DNA of 53,708 bases from a virus (taxonomy: Duplodnaviria > Caudoviricetes). Position numbers and translations under genes: made by a program. Location: positions 1 through 53,708 of the IMG/VR virus record IMGVR_UViG_3300021519_000013; one strand, given 5' to 3'. Of the stretch, positions 24,097 to 34,232 are shown in pieces (the first letter of the stretch is position 1; every line of letters starts with the position of its first letter). The notes below the pieces were generated by a model. That model was not told where the DNA came from. It searched no databases and saw nothing but the letters and a program-made list of their open reading frames with translations.

Positions 24097-25239
24097 ATGC
24101 CCAGAATTAGTTTATGGAAAGAAAATCACGGGAACGATTACAAGTTCTTTGATAACCGTATCAGAGAAATGTTCACTGCTGGTGGTGTTGGTATTTGGAT
24201 TCATAAGCTATTGGGAACCAAATCTACAGTTACCAATGATGCAACTCAACCCAATTACCTAAATCAAAGTGAGAAGAACATACAGGATCTACTGTTCCTT
24301 GAAAATAGAGATCGTAAGTATGAGCCAGACATTTATAAACTACGTGGACACTACACACTCACAGACAATGACTTCAACCTAAGTCAATTTGGTATGTTTC
24401 TAAATAACGATACACTGTTCATTACATTCCATATCAATGACATGATTGAACGCATTGGACGTAAGCTTATGGCCGGTGATGTAATCGAGATGCCAAACAT
24501 GAGAGATTACTGGCCACTGGACGATGCCATGCCAGCAAGTCTTAAGAAGTTTTACGTTGTAAGTGAAATACTGCGAGCAGCAGAAGGCTACAGCCAAACA
24601 TGGTGGCCACACCTATATAGAGTTAAAGTTGTCCCAATGGTTGATGGGCAGGAGTTTAAAGATATCTTGGACCAAGCTGCTGTTGACAGTGATGGTAATG
24701 AAACAGGCAATTCGTTGAGAGATATTATGAGCCCTTATCTAAAGAACCTACAGATATCAGAAGCCATTGTTGAACAGGCTGAGCTGGATGTTCCCAAGAG
24801 TGGCTATGACACTTCAAAATATTTCGTACTGCCAGTTGATGCAAATGGAACCAGTCTACAAAATGCTATCAGTTCAAATGGCAGTATATTAAACTCCAAT
24901 GTTGTTACGCCCACTTCAGCTTTGAAATCATATTTAAATGGTGATGTTGTGGCACCCAATGGTTTTCCTGTTCGCAGCTTAACTAGGTTCCCTGAAAACC
25001 CTGTCACAGGTGAATATATACTGCGAACTGATATGTTTCCAAATGTATTATATCGCTGGAGTGGAGTTCGTTGGGGAATTGTAAACCCAGTGAACCGCAC
25101 ACCATTAACAGGCAACACCAATCAAACTCAAATTGGAACATTTGTTAATAACACAGGAACCACAACACTAAGTAGTGGTAATGTTATACCACAAAAGCAA
25201 GCATTGAGTAAAATACTGTCGCCCAAGAGTGACTATTAA
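24097..25239 (+). CDS. Neck / head-closure protein (T4 gp14-like)
   Basis: IQDLLFLENRDRKY, LSQFGMFL, GDVIE; TAAATA late promoter; position before gp15-like gene. Confidence 0.65.
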   Translation: MPRISLWKENHGNDYKFFDNRIREMFTAGGVGIWIHKLLGTKSTVTNDATQPNYLNQSEKNIQDLLFLENRDRKYEPDIYKLRGHYTLTDNDFNLSQFGMFLNNDTLFITFHINDMIERIGRKLMAGDVIEMPNMRDYWPLDDAMPASLKKFYVVSEILRAAEGYSQTWWPHLYRVKVVPMVDGQEFKDILDQAAVDSDGNETGNSLRDIMSPYLKNLQISEAIVEQAELDVPKSGYDTSKYFVLPVDANGTSLQNAISSNGSILNSNVVTPTSALKSYLNGDVVAPNGFPVRSLTRFPENPVTGEYILRTDMFPNVLYRWSGVRWGIVNPVNRTPLTGNTNQTQIGTFVNNTGTTTLSSGNVIPQKQALSKILSPKSDY

Positions 25240-25247
25240 GGATAACG

Positions 25248-26672
25248 ATGGCTGAATATTTTTACGATGCGCAGATACGCAGATTTATTTTACAGTTCAT
25301 TAGATACTTTAGCCAATTTCAAGTTGAGTACGGCAAAGATGCCAATGGCAATCCTATATATTTGACAGTGCCTGTTCGCTATGCTGATAACAATAGAGTA
25401 GGATCAGCTATACTTCGCAACAACAGTGAGAACATGCTTAACAATGTTCCCATGATGGTTGTTTACGTTGAAAACTTAAAGTATCATCGTGAGCATATAC
25501 AAAACCCTACATTCTTTGAGAAGAAGTCAGTACGTGAACGTGCTATTGATCCCGATACTGGAAAATTAAAAACATACCAAAAGAATGTAATGACAGTTGA
25601 ACGCTTGATGCCTGTTCCCTATAGACTGGATTTAAAACTGGATATCTATACCAGTAACATTGATCAGAAGCTACAGCTATGGGAACAGATTGCAGTTATG
25701 TTTAACCCCAGTCTGGAAATTCAATCGACTGAAAATTATATTGATTGGACTAGCCTGAGTTGGATACAGTTAACAGATACCACATTTAGCAGTAGAAGTG
25801 TTCCAGTTGGCACTGATGATCCAATTGATGTAGCAACCATGACATTTGAAATTCCTGTTTACATCAGCGCACCTGCAAAGGTTAAGAAGCTTAATGCAGT
25901 AACAAGTATCGTCGCAAGCCTATATGACGCACATGGCAATTTGGCAGACGCTATTCTTCAGCAGTATGAGCTATTGGGCAATCGTCAATACTTCACACCC
26001 AGTGGCTATAATGCTATTGTAGCAGGCGGACAAGTAGTATTAAGTAAGCAGCCTAAAAAAGGCACTGATACTCTACTAACTGTTCCTGAACCAACAAATG
26101 AACCTGTACCATGGCGTGGTGTCATTAACTATATAGGTGAAATAACAAATGGCGTAAGTCAGATGGCGTTTGTTGACGATACCACAAATACGTTTGTTGT
26201 TGGTACTATTTCATATGATCCAACTGACGACAGTGTGTTGCTATTCAATGTTGACACCACTACTATACCCAGCAATAACCTAGCACCTGTTAATAATATC
26301 ATTGATCCTTTAGCTGCTGCTCCAGGTACTAACTTACCCGCCGCTGCTAATGGGCAGCGTTATCTTATTATTAATAATAGAATTGGTAATCCTACCAATG
26401 CACCAAATAACAATCCAACTGGTTGGCGTAATGCTGACAATTCGCCGGTGTTTGCTAATCCAAATGATATAATACAGTATGATGGAAGTCGATGGAACGT
26501 GGTATTTGATAGTCAAAATACTACGACAATATATAATTCAATTACAGATGCGGACGAAGTTCCTTACGTCACAAATCTATACAGTGAGGTTCAATTCAAA
26601 TGGCTGAACGGAAATTGGCAAAAAAGCTGGGAGGGGCTGTACAGGGAAGGCCTGTGGCTCCTAATAATATAA
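25248..26672 (+). CDS. Tail sheath stabilizer / tail terminator (T4 gp15-like)
   Basis: YFYDAQIRR, VPVRY, MPVPY, QKLQLWEQI...FNP. Confidence 0.8.
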   Translation: MAEYFYDAQIRRFILQFIRYFSQFQVEYGKDANGNPIYLTVPVRYADNNRVGSAILRNNSENMLNNVPMMVVYVENLKYHREHIQNPTFFEKKSVRERAIDPDTGKLKTYQKNVMTVERLMPVPYRLDLKLDIYTSNIDQKLQLWEQIAVMFNPSLEIQSTENYIDWTSLSWIQLTDTTFSSRSVPVGTDDPIDVATMTFEIPVYISAPAKVKKLNAVTSIVASLYDAHGNLADAILQQYELLGNRQYFTPSGYNAIVAGGQVVLSKQPKKGTDTLLTVPEPTNEPVPWRGVINYIGEITNGVSQMAFVDDTTNTFVVGTISYDPTDDSVLLFNVDTTTIPSNNLAPVNNIIDPLAAAPGTNLPAAANGQRYLIINNRIGNPTNAPNNNPTGWRNADNSPVFANPNDIIQYDGSRWNVVFDSQNTTTIYNSITDADEVPYVTNLYSEVQFKWLNGNWQKSWEGLYREGLWLLII

Positions 26673-27100
26673 AGCTATTCAAAGCATGTGGTGCAATACT
26701 GTTGGCTAACGATACCAGAAGAAGTTTGTTCTTATTGCGTGATAATGACACTCACAAAGATACGTGGGGTTTAGTAGGCGGCAAGGTTGAGAATAAAGAA
26801 ACTGTTATGCAGGCTCTCAACAGAGAAATACTTGAGGAAGTTGGAGTTGCAGTTGACCTTATCAAAACTATCCCATTGGAATTATTTCGCAGCGATGATG
26901 GCAAGTTTGAGTATCACACATTTATCTGTTTAATTGAGGAAGAGTTTATTCCCAAGCTAAGTGATGAGCATAAAGGATATTGCTGGTGTCAAGTTGACAG
27001 CTTTCCCAAGCCATTACATCCTGGATTGTGGAGCAGTTTAAATAATGATGATATTCAACAGAAGCTTAATACACTTAAGGATATATTAGAAATCGCCTAG
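26654..27100 (+). CDS. NUDIX hydrolase
   Basis: Nudix box GGKVENKETVMQALNREILEEVG; start uncertain (26600 or GTG 26654). Confidence 0.9.
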   Translation: MAPNNIKLFKACGAILLANDTRRSLFLLRDNDTHKDTWGLVGGKVENKETVMQALNREILEEVGVAVDLIKTIPLELFRSDDGKFEYHTFICLIEEEFIPKLSDEHKGYCWCQVDSFPKPLHPGLWSSLNNDDIQQKLNTLKDILEIA

Positions 27101-27799
27101 TAGTACTGCTTGTCTAATGGTAACATCTTGAAAATTTGGTAAAGCTTGCCAACGATCTGGTGCTTCTTGCCCATCTAGTTGTATACGATAAAACTGTGTA
27201 TCCTTGTATACACTAATAACATTGTACATAAAGTCGTCCCACACCTTGTAATCTATATTGGTATCACCATTTTCATATGGGAATCTACCATCATACATCG
27301 TACGCCAAGTGCCTATGTATCCATCGAATCCAAATAGGAATACTTTTTTATGACCATCAAATGCAGAAAGGTAAGCAGCAGATGCACCACTGTCCAGATG
27401 ACTAACATAGGGCAATAAGTTGCATGTGTCTTTATAATCAAGAAACGCATCGTAGGGCAAGTATACTTGATTAAGTCTGGTAAGTGGTGTCTCAGCTAAG
27501 AACACTCTATGCTTTAGTACATAATAGTCGTAAGTTATAGGATCACTGATTGCACGATTACAGGCATAGACCAGTTTATAGCTTGCGCCAACCTTATTGG
27601 CGTTTGCCCCGATTAAATTCTGTACCTGTGGATTACCACGAGTAATTCCATTGCCTAATACAATTGCACTATCAACATTTGATGGGATGAATATGTTATC
27701 TCTAGGGTTGACAAAATAACTTATTGTTTTGCCATCCCTGACAGTATTAATAGTCTCGCCTACGTAATCAGTTCTGTATTTAGGGTTAATGAGTTCCAT
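27086..27799 (-). CDS. Hypothetical with MptE/sialyltransferase-like fold
   Basis: AIVLGNG, YACN, DSGASA, VFLFGFD; perfect TATAAATA upstream. Confidence 0.55.
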   Translation of the reverse strand: MELINPKYRTDYVGETINTVRDGKTISYFVNPRDNIFIPSNVDSAIVLGNGITRGNPQVQNLIGANANKVGASYKLVYACNRAISDPITYDYYVLKHRVFLAETPLTRLNQVYLPYDAFLDYKDTCNLLPYVSHLDSGASAAYLSAFDGHKKVFLFGFDGYIGTWRTMYDGRFPYENGDTNIDYKVWDDFMYNVISVYKDTQFYRIQLDGQEAPDRWQALPNFQDVTIRQAVLLGDF

Positions 27800-27823
27800 T
27801 GAAATATTTATAGTAATAACACA

Positions 27824-29428
27824 CTAGCTTTTATGTATGTTATCTTTTAAAAACTGGTAATGTGTTGGCAATGTTTCAATATGCTTTAATACTTGATCCC
27901 TGTGTTCTAGCCATTGCTGATGAATTACTTCTCGATAACCCGGCAACTCACAGAATTGTTCATCCATCATTGCAGCATGTGACACATCAATGGGATTATA
28001 TCCCATGCCAGCAGCAATATAAATAATACCGCTCATACTGGGATCAAAGTTACGATTCCTATGCAATCTAATTGCCATTTCAGGATAGCTGGTATATAGT
28101 TCAGGTATCATCTTATTCATATTATCATTGAAGTGATGACTGGTTACTGCTTTCCAATAAGGGGTGTCATCTCTCATACTAGATGAGTAATGCTGACTAA
28201 TAAAATCCTTGAAACCTTTGATCTCTTCATTGAATGCATGATTAAACAGGTCAATGTCATATTGTGTTACACGACTATCACGCATCTTTAGCATATTAAT
28301 AATTTTAACCAATGCTTCATGTGTCAGCATTAGCCCCGTTGACTCCAATGGCTCGATGAAACCATTTGATAACCCAACGCCCACAACATTCTTTTCCCAT
28401 GCACGACTATGAACACCATGCTTGATTTTAATATGTCTAAACTCAGCTGCATCTATCCTATCTGCATCTGAAAATATCATACGATTGGATTTAAGATGAC
28501 GTCTGAACTGTTCCTCTGCTTCAGATTCTGTTGCAAAGTCACTGCTATAAACATACCCTGTGCCAATGCGATGCCATAATGGAATATTCCAGACCCATCC
28601 ACTCTCAATGGCAGTACAACTGGTATAATTTTCCATTTCACTGGGCTTGTCAATATAAGGAATGGTAGTTGCTATTGCTCTGTCATTGAATAGTGTATCC
28701 TTGAAGCTTTTGAATGGCACTCCCATTGCCTGCTCCAGCAATAAACTCTTAAACCCAGTACAGTCAATGTATAAGTCTGCGGTTAAGTCGCCTGAATTCT
28801 TAGTAATGATATATGCAATTTCACCATCACTGCTAAGACTATGCCCAACAACATCATCAACTATATGTATCATACCAGCTGGCAAACATATATGATCTCT
28901 TAGATACAATCCAAAAGCAGTTGCATCCATGTGGTATGCAGTGTCTGTTTTGAACCTGAAGTTTCTTATTAATCCATCTTCATTACGTGAGAGTTTATTT
29001 GCATCCGTCATTAAAACACTGTCGTGAAAGAACTCAGCAAAGTTACTGCAATCAATATCGGGATTGTGTGCTTTAATTAAAAACCAATCCATTAACTGTC
29101 TGGGCTTGTCCTGAAAATCAAACTGTCCAAATGGATAATGAAACTTGTGTGGAGCTTCAGTTGGATTTTCTCTGAAGTCAATGAACTTGATACTGGTCTT
29201 ATAAGTGGCATTACAATGTGGCATCCAATCTTCATCTTTAAGCCCCAGTAGATGAAGATAGTTATTAATGTGTCCGATTGTACTTTCACCAACACCGATG
29301 ATGGGCACATTAGGACTTTCAATTAGTGTAAGTTTAATGTTGGGAAGTTGTTTTGCAATTGCCGCAGCAGTCATCCAACCACTTGAACCACCACCCACTA
29401 TTAATATGGAGTTAATTTTTCTTGTCAT
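27824..29428 (-). CDS. Tryptophan halogenase family flavin-dependent halogenase
   Basis: GGGSSG, IGVGEST, ATYK catalytic Lys, DCTGF, GWVWNIPL, FIEPLEST. Confidence 0.92.
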   Translation of the reverse strand: MTRKINSILIVGGGSSGWMTAAAIAKQLPNIKLTLIESPNVPIIGVGESTIGHINNYLHLLGLKDEDWMPHCNATYKTSIKFIDFRENPTEAPHKFHYPFGQFDFQDKPRQLMDWFLIKAHNPDIDCSNFAEFFHDSVLMTDANKLSRNEDGLIRNFRFKTDTAYHMDATAFGLYLRDHICLPAGMIHIVDDVVGHSLSSDGEIAYIITKNSGDLTADLYIDCTGFKSLLLEQAMGVPFKSFKDTLFNDRAIATTIPYIDKPSEMENYTSCTAIESGWVWNIPLWHRIGTGYVYSSDFATESEAEEQFRRHLKSNRMIFSDADRIDAAEFRHIKIKHGVHSRAWEKNVVGVGLSNGFIEPLESTGLMLTHEALVKIINMLKMRDSRVTQYDIDLFNHAFNEEIKGFKDFISQHYSSSMRDDTPYWKAVTSHHFNDNMNKMIPELYTSYPEMAIRLHRNRNFDPSMSGIIYIAAGMGYNPIDVSHAAMMDEQFCELPGYREVIHQQWLEHRDQVLKHIETLPTHYQFLKDNIHKS

Positions 29429-30660
29429 TATCTGGCCTTTCGAATCTGTAGAGCACTATCAATATCTTCCATGCCAAATGTACGCTCACATTCGTGACAA
29501 TCCCAACATTGGTTCTTACAGTTCATAAGAATCTTTTCCAAACGCTTACCCTTTGCAGTTGACCACATGCCTGTGTATGTCTTATAAGTTGTACGCCAAT
29601 CATTCTTTTCATAACGTGTATCAATAAACCCAGGGATCCAGCTGTGTATGGGTTCAAGATTATTTTCCAATATTTCGTTGAAACTATTTGCAAACACAGT
29701 TTGTCCAGCTTCACTGCTATTTTGTCTAAACTTTGCACCATTGGCATCGAAATACCAAACACTTTTGAAATGCACCATGTCTTCTGCTGTTGTGACAGGA
29801 GTTGTTAGTCTTCCTGAAAATTTAAAAATATCTACCAAGTCTCCGAATTTAGAGTAAGTTGATGCACTGCTTCCAATTACGTTAATGCCTGCTCTGGGAA
29901 GTTGTCCAAATACACCATGTGATCTCCAGCCATTGCAGCTTAAGTCTGCTGGTCCTCTAAAGTAATCAGTACTGATAATCTCACCAATGCTATCATGCTC
30001 CTTCTTAAAGGGACAATGATAAACACAGCTTTCAGCTACCAACAAGCTAGTAAGTACCTTCTTTTTAGGATTCTTATCGTTAAGATAATTTTGTGCTTTA
30101 CGTATACGCTTTAGTTCCTTAATATTTCTATTTAGGCTTCTATCCAATAGTATTGTGTTGTATCCTAGATATGCGTAATCCATAAACTGCTGTGAGTCAG
30201 CAACGATTTGATTTACTGTATTTTTCCAACGCATGTCAGGGCAACGATCTTGTAAAACTCCCATGCGCATGATATGTTCACTGCTGATAGTACAACTACG
30301 CAGACCTCTGTCATAGTATGCACCAACCCATTCAACAAACTGATTTCTTATTACATCATCAAAGATAACTTCATGTGGGACTTCAATAGTATTGAAAGTT
30401 AAACTGATTTCAACCCCAGTTTCCTCCTGTAACTTAAACAAATAATCTACTTGTTCATCACTGGCTTCAACACCCATGGGATTACCACATCGCTTGTCAA
30501 CACCATTGAATGTATAATAGAAGTATTTTCCAAAGTATACATCGTGGATATTATCCAGATACGACTTATCGGCCTTACGCATAATCTCATAAAAGTATGC
30601 TGCGTAAGTGCCGTGAAATTTATCATAGTGTGGTATACTAAATCGTTTTGAGAGGTTCAT
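29428..30660 (-). CDS. Peptidase U32-like Fe-S protein
   Basis: LDRSLNRN, ESCVYHCPFK.EH, FKFSGR, C-terminal CKNQCWDCHEC. Confidence 0.7.
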   Translation of the reverse strand: MNLSKRFSIPHYDKFHGTYAAYFYEIMRKADKSYLDNIHDVYFGKYFYYTFNGVDKRCGNPMGVEASDEQVDYLFKLQEETGVEISLTFNTIEVPHEVIFDDVIRNQFVEWVGAYYDRGLRSCTISSEHIMRMGVLQDRCPDMRWKNTVNQIVADSQQFMDYAYLGYNTILLDRSLNRNIKELKRIRKAQNYLNDKNPKKKVLTSLLVAESCVYHCPFKKEHDSIGEIISTDYFRGPADLSCNGWRSHGVFGQLPRAGINVIGSSASTYSKFGDLVDIFKFSGRLTTPVTTAEDMVHFKSVWYFDANGAKFRQNSSEAGQTVFANSFNEILENNLEPIHSWIPGFIDTRYEKNDWRTTYKTYTGMWSTAKGKRLEKILMNCKNQCWDCHECERTFGMEDIDSALQIRKAR

Positions 30661-30698
30661 AACATAATTATATTACATTTTAACAGTCAAATCAATTT

Positions 30699-31124
30699 TT
30701 AAAATGGTGCTGCATTAGCTTGCATTGCCATGGTTTCCTCAAGTTTTTGTTGGTTCCAAGCAAGTACTGCTGCTGGGTCATTTTTAGGAATAGTTGCTTT
30801 GACATTTGCAATATGAGAAGCCCATGGACCAGTATTACTGACAGTACCAGTTGCTACAATTTCTTTATACAACATATCCAGTTGATTACCAATTGAGCCG
30901 TATTCTATTTCTCTGGCAATTCTATATGCATTTTCCGCAAATCCTGGTTGTGTTAACGGATCCCATTTAGATATAGTACCATCTTCATTATATCTGTCGG
31001 AACAAGTTGTGTCATCTGGTACAGTGACCCATGTAAAATTTTCATGGACGGCGAATTCTTGTCCGATTGGAACAATATCACAAATACGTCCTGGTTCTAA
31101 TGAATGCAATAAAGCACTTAACAT
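30699..31124 (-). CDS. Hypothetical, possible fibre assembly chaperone
   Basis: R..EY.SI..QLDMLY...W..HI..VK...PK pattern; follows fibre genes. Confidence 0.55.
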   Translation of the reverse strand: MLSALLHSLEPGRICDIVPIGQEFAVHENFTWVTVPDDTTCSDRYNEDGTISKWDPLTQPGFAENAYRIAREIEYGSIGNQLDMLYKEIVATGTVSNTGPWASHIANVKATIPKNDPAAVLAWNQQKLEETMAMQANAAPF

Positions 31125-31139
31125 TTTAATTCTCCTAAA

Positions 31140-31838
31140 TTAGCTATAAGCATAAACTACTACCATTCCAGATTCACCTGGCGCATAACCATTGCCGCCA
31201 GTTTGACTACCATCAGTCTGAGCGCCTGGACCACCTGTTCCCGGAGCACCACTTTTCATTTTTCCCTGATAGGCGGAGGATAAGTGACCATGGTTTCTAG
31301 TATTTGTGGCACCACCGCCAAAGTAGCTGCCGCCGCCTACGCCGCCGGTCCAACTTCCAACACCATTGTTATGCCCTCGACCTGCTGCGCCGTACAAATT
31401 TATTTGCCCACCAACACCGTTTCCACCGTGCCCGCCACTGTGGCTATAATTTCTATTGGCACCATATCCACCTGTTGCGTACAGATATCCACCAAAGCTT
31501 GTTGTTCCACCATCATTGGCTGCTTGATAGTATCCTGTTCCACCACCGCCTCCACCAACAGTTACAGCAACTGAACCAACTCCGGTAACATCATAATAAC
31601 CTTCAGCATACCCACCTGCACCGCCTGACTCACAGTAACCACAGCCACCGCCACCGCCGCCTACTAGTTTAACTTGTACATAAGTGCATCCTGTAGGTTT
31701 ATACCAGGTATAACTACCGCCAGCCATCCAAACTTGCATATCAATCAATGTACCACGATTTTGACTGGCGTTAAAGGCAGTAGTTTGATTGCTACTGTCT
31801 GAATAAGTTATTGATGTATTATCTAATGTTACTGCCAC
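31140..31838 (-). CDS. Glycine-rich fibre/adhesin paralog 3
   Basis: VGGGGG..GY.ESGG.GGYAEG, TSFG, C-terminal VVVYAY. Confidence 0.7.
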   Translation of the reverse strand: MAVTLDNTSITYSDSSNQTTAFNASQNRGTLIDMQVWMAGGSYTWYKPTGCTYVQVKLVGGGGGGCGYCESGGAGGYAEGYYDVTGVGSVAVTVGGGGGGTGYYQAANDGGTTSFGGYLYATGGYGANRNYSHSGGHGGNGVGGQINLYGAAGRGHNNGVGSWTGGVGGGSYFGGGATNTRNHGHLSSAYQGKMKSGAPGTGGPGAQTDGSQTGGNGYAPGESGMVVVYAYS

Positions 31839-31847
31839 GTCTATTCC

Positions 31848-32498
31848 TTATGTGTACGCATAAATTATACATAATCCACCTGGGGCACCTGAACCAGAAT
31901 TAGAAGCCTGCGTTATACCGCCGGTTGCACCTGAACCAAATGTGCCACTGAAATTATGTGATGCACCTGTTCTTGCTTGTCCAGCACACCCCCCAAAGAA
32001 CCCTGCCCCACCGTGTGCAGTTTGTGCATGACTGCCACCATTCGCATGTCCAGTACCAGCCCCACCGTAAGTGTTCACTTGACCACCAGATCCTACACCA
32101 CCAACTCCACCAGCATGAGATGCCTGTTGGTTGGCACCATGTCCGCCTGTTGCACTTATATAACCACCGAAACTTGTAGTCCCACCTTGTCCACCGTTCC
32201 CATAATATCCAACACCGCCACCGCCACCGCCCACGGTGACATATATGGTTGCGCCAGGGGAAACAGAATACATGCCTTCCGCATAACCGCCAGCACCACC
32301 TGATTCATTGTATCCTGCGCTTCCGCCGCCGCCACCGATTAACTGTACATATACTAGTGTTGCATTTCCAGGTACCGTATAGTTTCCACTGCCTGTATAC
32401 GTGGCAATAGACACCAATTGTCCTCTATCTACTATTTTTGAGGTATTTGTTGTACCATCATCAAATGTAATACCACTTGATCCCAATGTTACTGCCAT
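31848..32498 (-). CDS. Glycine-rich fibre/adhesin paralog 2
   Basis: Same motif set, starts MAVTL. Confidence 0.7.
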   Translation of the reverse strand: MAVTLGSSGITFDDGTTNTSKIVDRGQLVSIATYTGSGNYTVPGNATLVYVQLIGGGGGSAGYNESGGAGGYAEGMYSVSPGATIYVTVGGGGGGVGYYGNGGQGGTTSFGGYISATGGHGANQQASHAGGVGGVGSGGQVNTYGGAGTGHANGGSHAQTAHGGAGFFGGCAGQARTGASHNFSGTFGSGATGGITQASNSGSGAPGGLCIIYAYT

Positions 32499-32507
32499 GA
32501 TAGTTCC

Positions 32508-33200
32508 TTACCGATAAGCATAAACAACCACCATTCCACCCATGCCGACATATTGTCCTCTGTTTCCATAATGATTATTATTATCAGTTGTTCCACCAGC
32601 AGCGCCTGCACCTCTTGCAGCTGGATAAAAAGCATGAGATCCACCGTCGTGAAGATGTCTTATGCCATTACCACCACCATAATAACTTGCTCCACCTCTA
32701 CCAGTAGCAGCATATCCATGATGATTACCATGTCCTGTCCCACCACCGCCAATTAAACTAACAATACCACCTGATCCTTGACCACCAAAACCACCGGTAT
32801 GCCCATACTGTGAGTTTGCACCATGACCACCGGTTGCTGTAATCCACCCACCAAAAGTACTGGTGTGACCATTACCAGCCGCCGCATAATAATAAACAGA
32901 AGCACCCCCACCACCAACGGTAACTGCTACAGTATTACCCGGCACCACACCCTGTGCGGTGCCATTAAAATATCCTTCAGCATATCCACCACCACCACCA
33001 GACTCTAAATATCCTGCTGCGCCGCCACCGCCGCCTACACATTTAACAAGTAATGTTTTTGCACCCGTTGGAATTGTGTAAGTTCCCACATCTGTAAAGG
33101 TTGTAATGGATATTAATCCACCACCTTCAGAATCTGAAGATTGTGATAGTTGAGTGGAACCATCATTAAATGTTATACCAAGACCCAGTGTTACTGCCAC
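32508..33200 (-). CDS. Glycine-rich fibre/adhesin paralog 1
   Basis: Same motif set, starts MAVTL. Confidence 0.7.
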   Translation of the reverse strand: MAVTLGLGITFNDGSTQLSQSSDSEGGGLISITTFTDVGTYTIPTGAKTLLVKCVGGGGGAAGYLESGGGGGYAEGYFNGTAQGVVPGNTVAVTVGGGGASVYYYAAAGNGHTSTFGGWITATGGHGANSQYGHTGGFGGQGSGGIVSLIGGGGTGHGNHHGYAATGRGGASYYGGGNGIRHLHDGGSHAFYPAARGAGAAGGTTDNNNHYGNRGQYVGMGGMVVVYAYR

Positions 33201-33203
33201 AGA

Positions 33204-34232
33204 TTATCCCCTCTTTATTATATCAATTTCCGCTTTAAGATCATCAACTTGTGAGCTTAATTCTTTTATTGCTTCTATCAATAGAGGTACCAGTTTTTCA
33301 TAATGTACAGTTAGGTAAGTTTCACCAGATTTACTTGAGCCGTCTTCAGCTCTATCAAATGGCGCAAGAACCACTGCTTCAGGTTGTACTGCTTGTACTT
33401 CCTGTGCAATAACACCTACCTGTTGACTGTCATCATCATACCCAAATGATTTTGCAATTTCGTTTTCAACATAAAGCACACCGTTTAATTGACGTACTTT
33501 AGTCAATGCATTTTTAATATTTCCACTTATAGTTTTTAAACGCTTGTCTGAATAATAAGCAGTAATTAAGCCTGTCGCCAGTATTGACCCTGTGCCGCCA
33601 GGAGTTGTGTTAATACCAATGGCAGGAGTCTGAAAGGATCCACCTGATTGATTAATGCGTCCAGTTGAAAAAGCATACAGACTACACCATTCTGAATTTT
33701 GTGCATAATTTGTAAATTGAAGTTTTGCATGTGCATCTGTACTATCAGCAACAATTCTAACACCGCGATCATTAATTGCTGTAATGAAGTCCCCAACGCC
33801 ACTTACTTGAAGTCTTCCAGTGACAATATGATTACCTTGTGTTCTTGCAGCACCATTTACATCAAGTTTATAACTGGGACTTGCTGTTGCAATACCTACA
33901 TTTTGACTTGCATCAATATAGATACCAACAGCACCCGATGTTGCTAAACCTAAAGTGCCTGATCCTGCATATAATCCGGTAGTTGTCGCTGTGCTAAAAG
34001 ATACACTGGGTGCCGTTACGTTGCCAGCAGCAAATTGCAAAGGTGTTGAATAACTTACTGAGCTTTGAAAGGTTACTGGACCAGTAAAGGTAGCGCCACC
34101 AGTAGTTACAACTGATGCGCCAGATACCCCCGCACTTGTTTTATTCCATGCACCCGTTGTACTATTATAGGTGTAGCTTACACCGTTAACTGTTGCAACT
34201 GCTCCGTTTGCTGGTCCTGATGGAAATGCCAT
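33204..34232 (-). CDS. Tail fibre protein with C-terminal S74 intramolecular chaperone
   Basis: ITAYYSDKRLK...GVIAQEV...YEKLVPLLIEAIKEL. Confidence 0.85.
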   Translation of the reverse strand: MAFPSGPANGAVATVNGVSYTYNSTTGAWNKTSAGVSGASVVTTGGATFTGPVTFQSSVSYSTPLQFAAGNVTAPSVSFSTATTTGLYAGSGTLGLATSGAVGIYIDASQNVGIATASPSYKLDVNGAARTQGNHIVTGRLQVSGVGDFITAINDRGVRIVADSTDAHAKLQFTNYAQNSEWCSLYAFSTGRINQSGGSFQTPAIGINTTPGGTGSILATGLITAYYSDKRLKTISGNIKNALTKVRQLNGVLYVENEIAKSFGYDDDSQQVGVIAQEVQAVQPEAVVLAPFDRAEDGSSKSGETYLTVHYEKLVPLLIEAIKELSSQVDDLKAEIDIIKRG

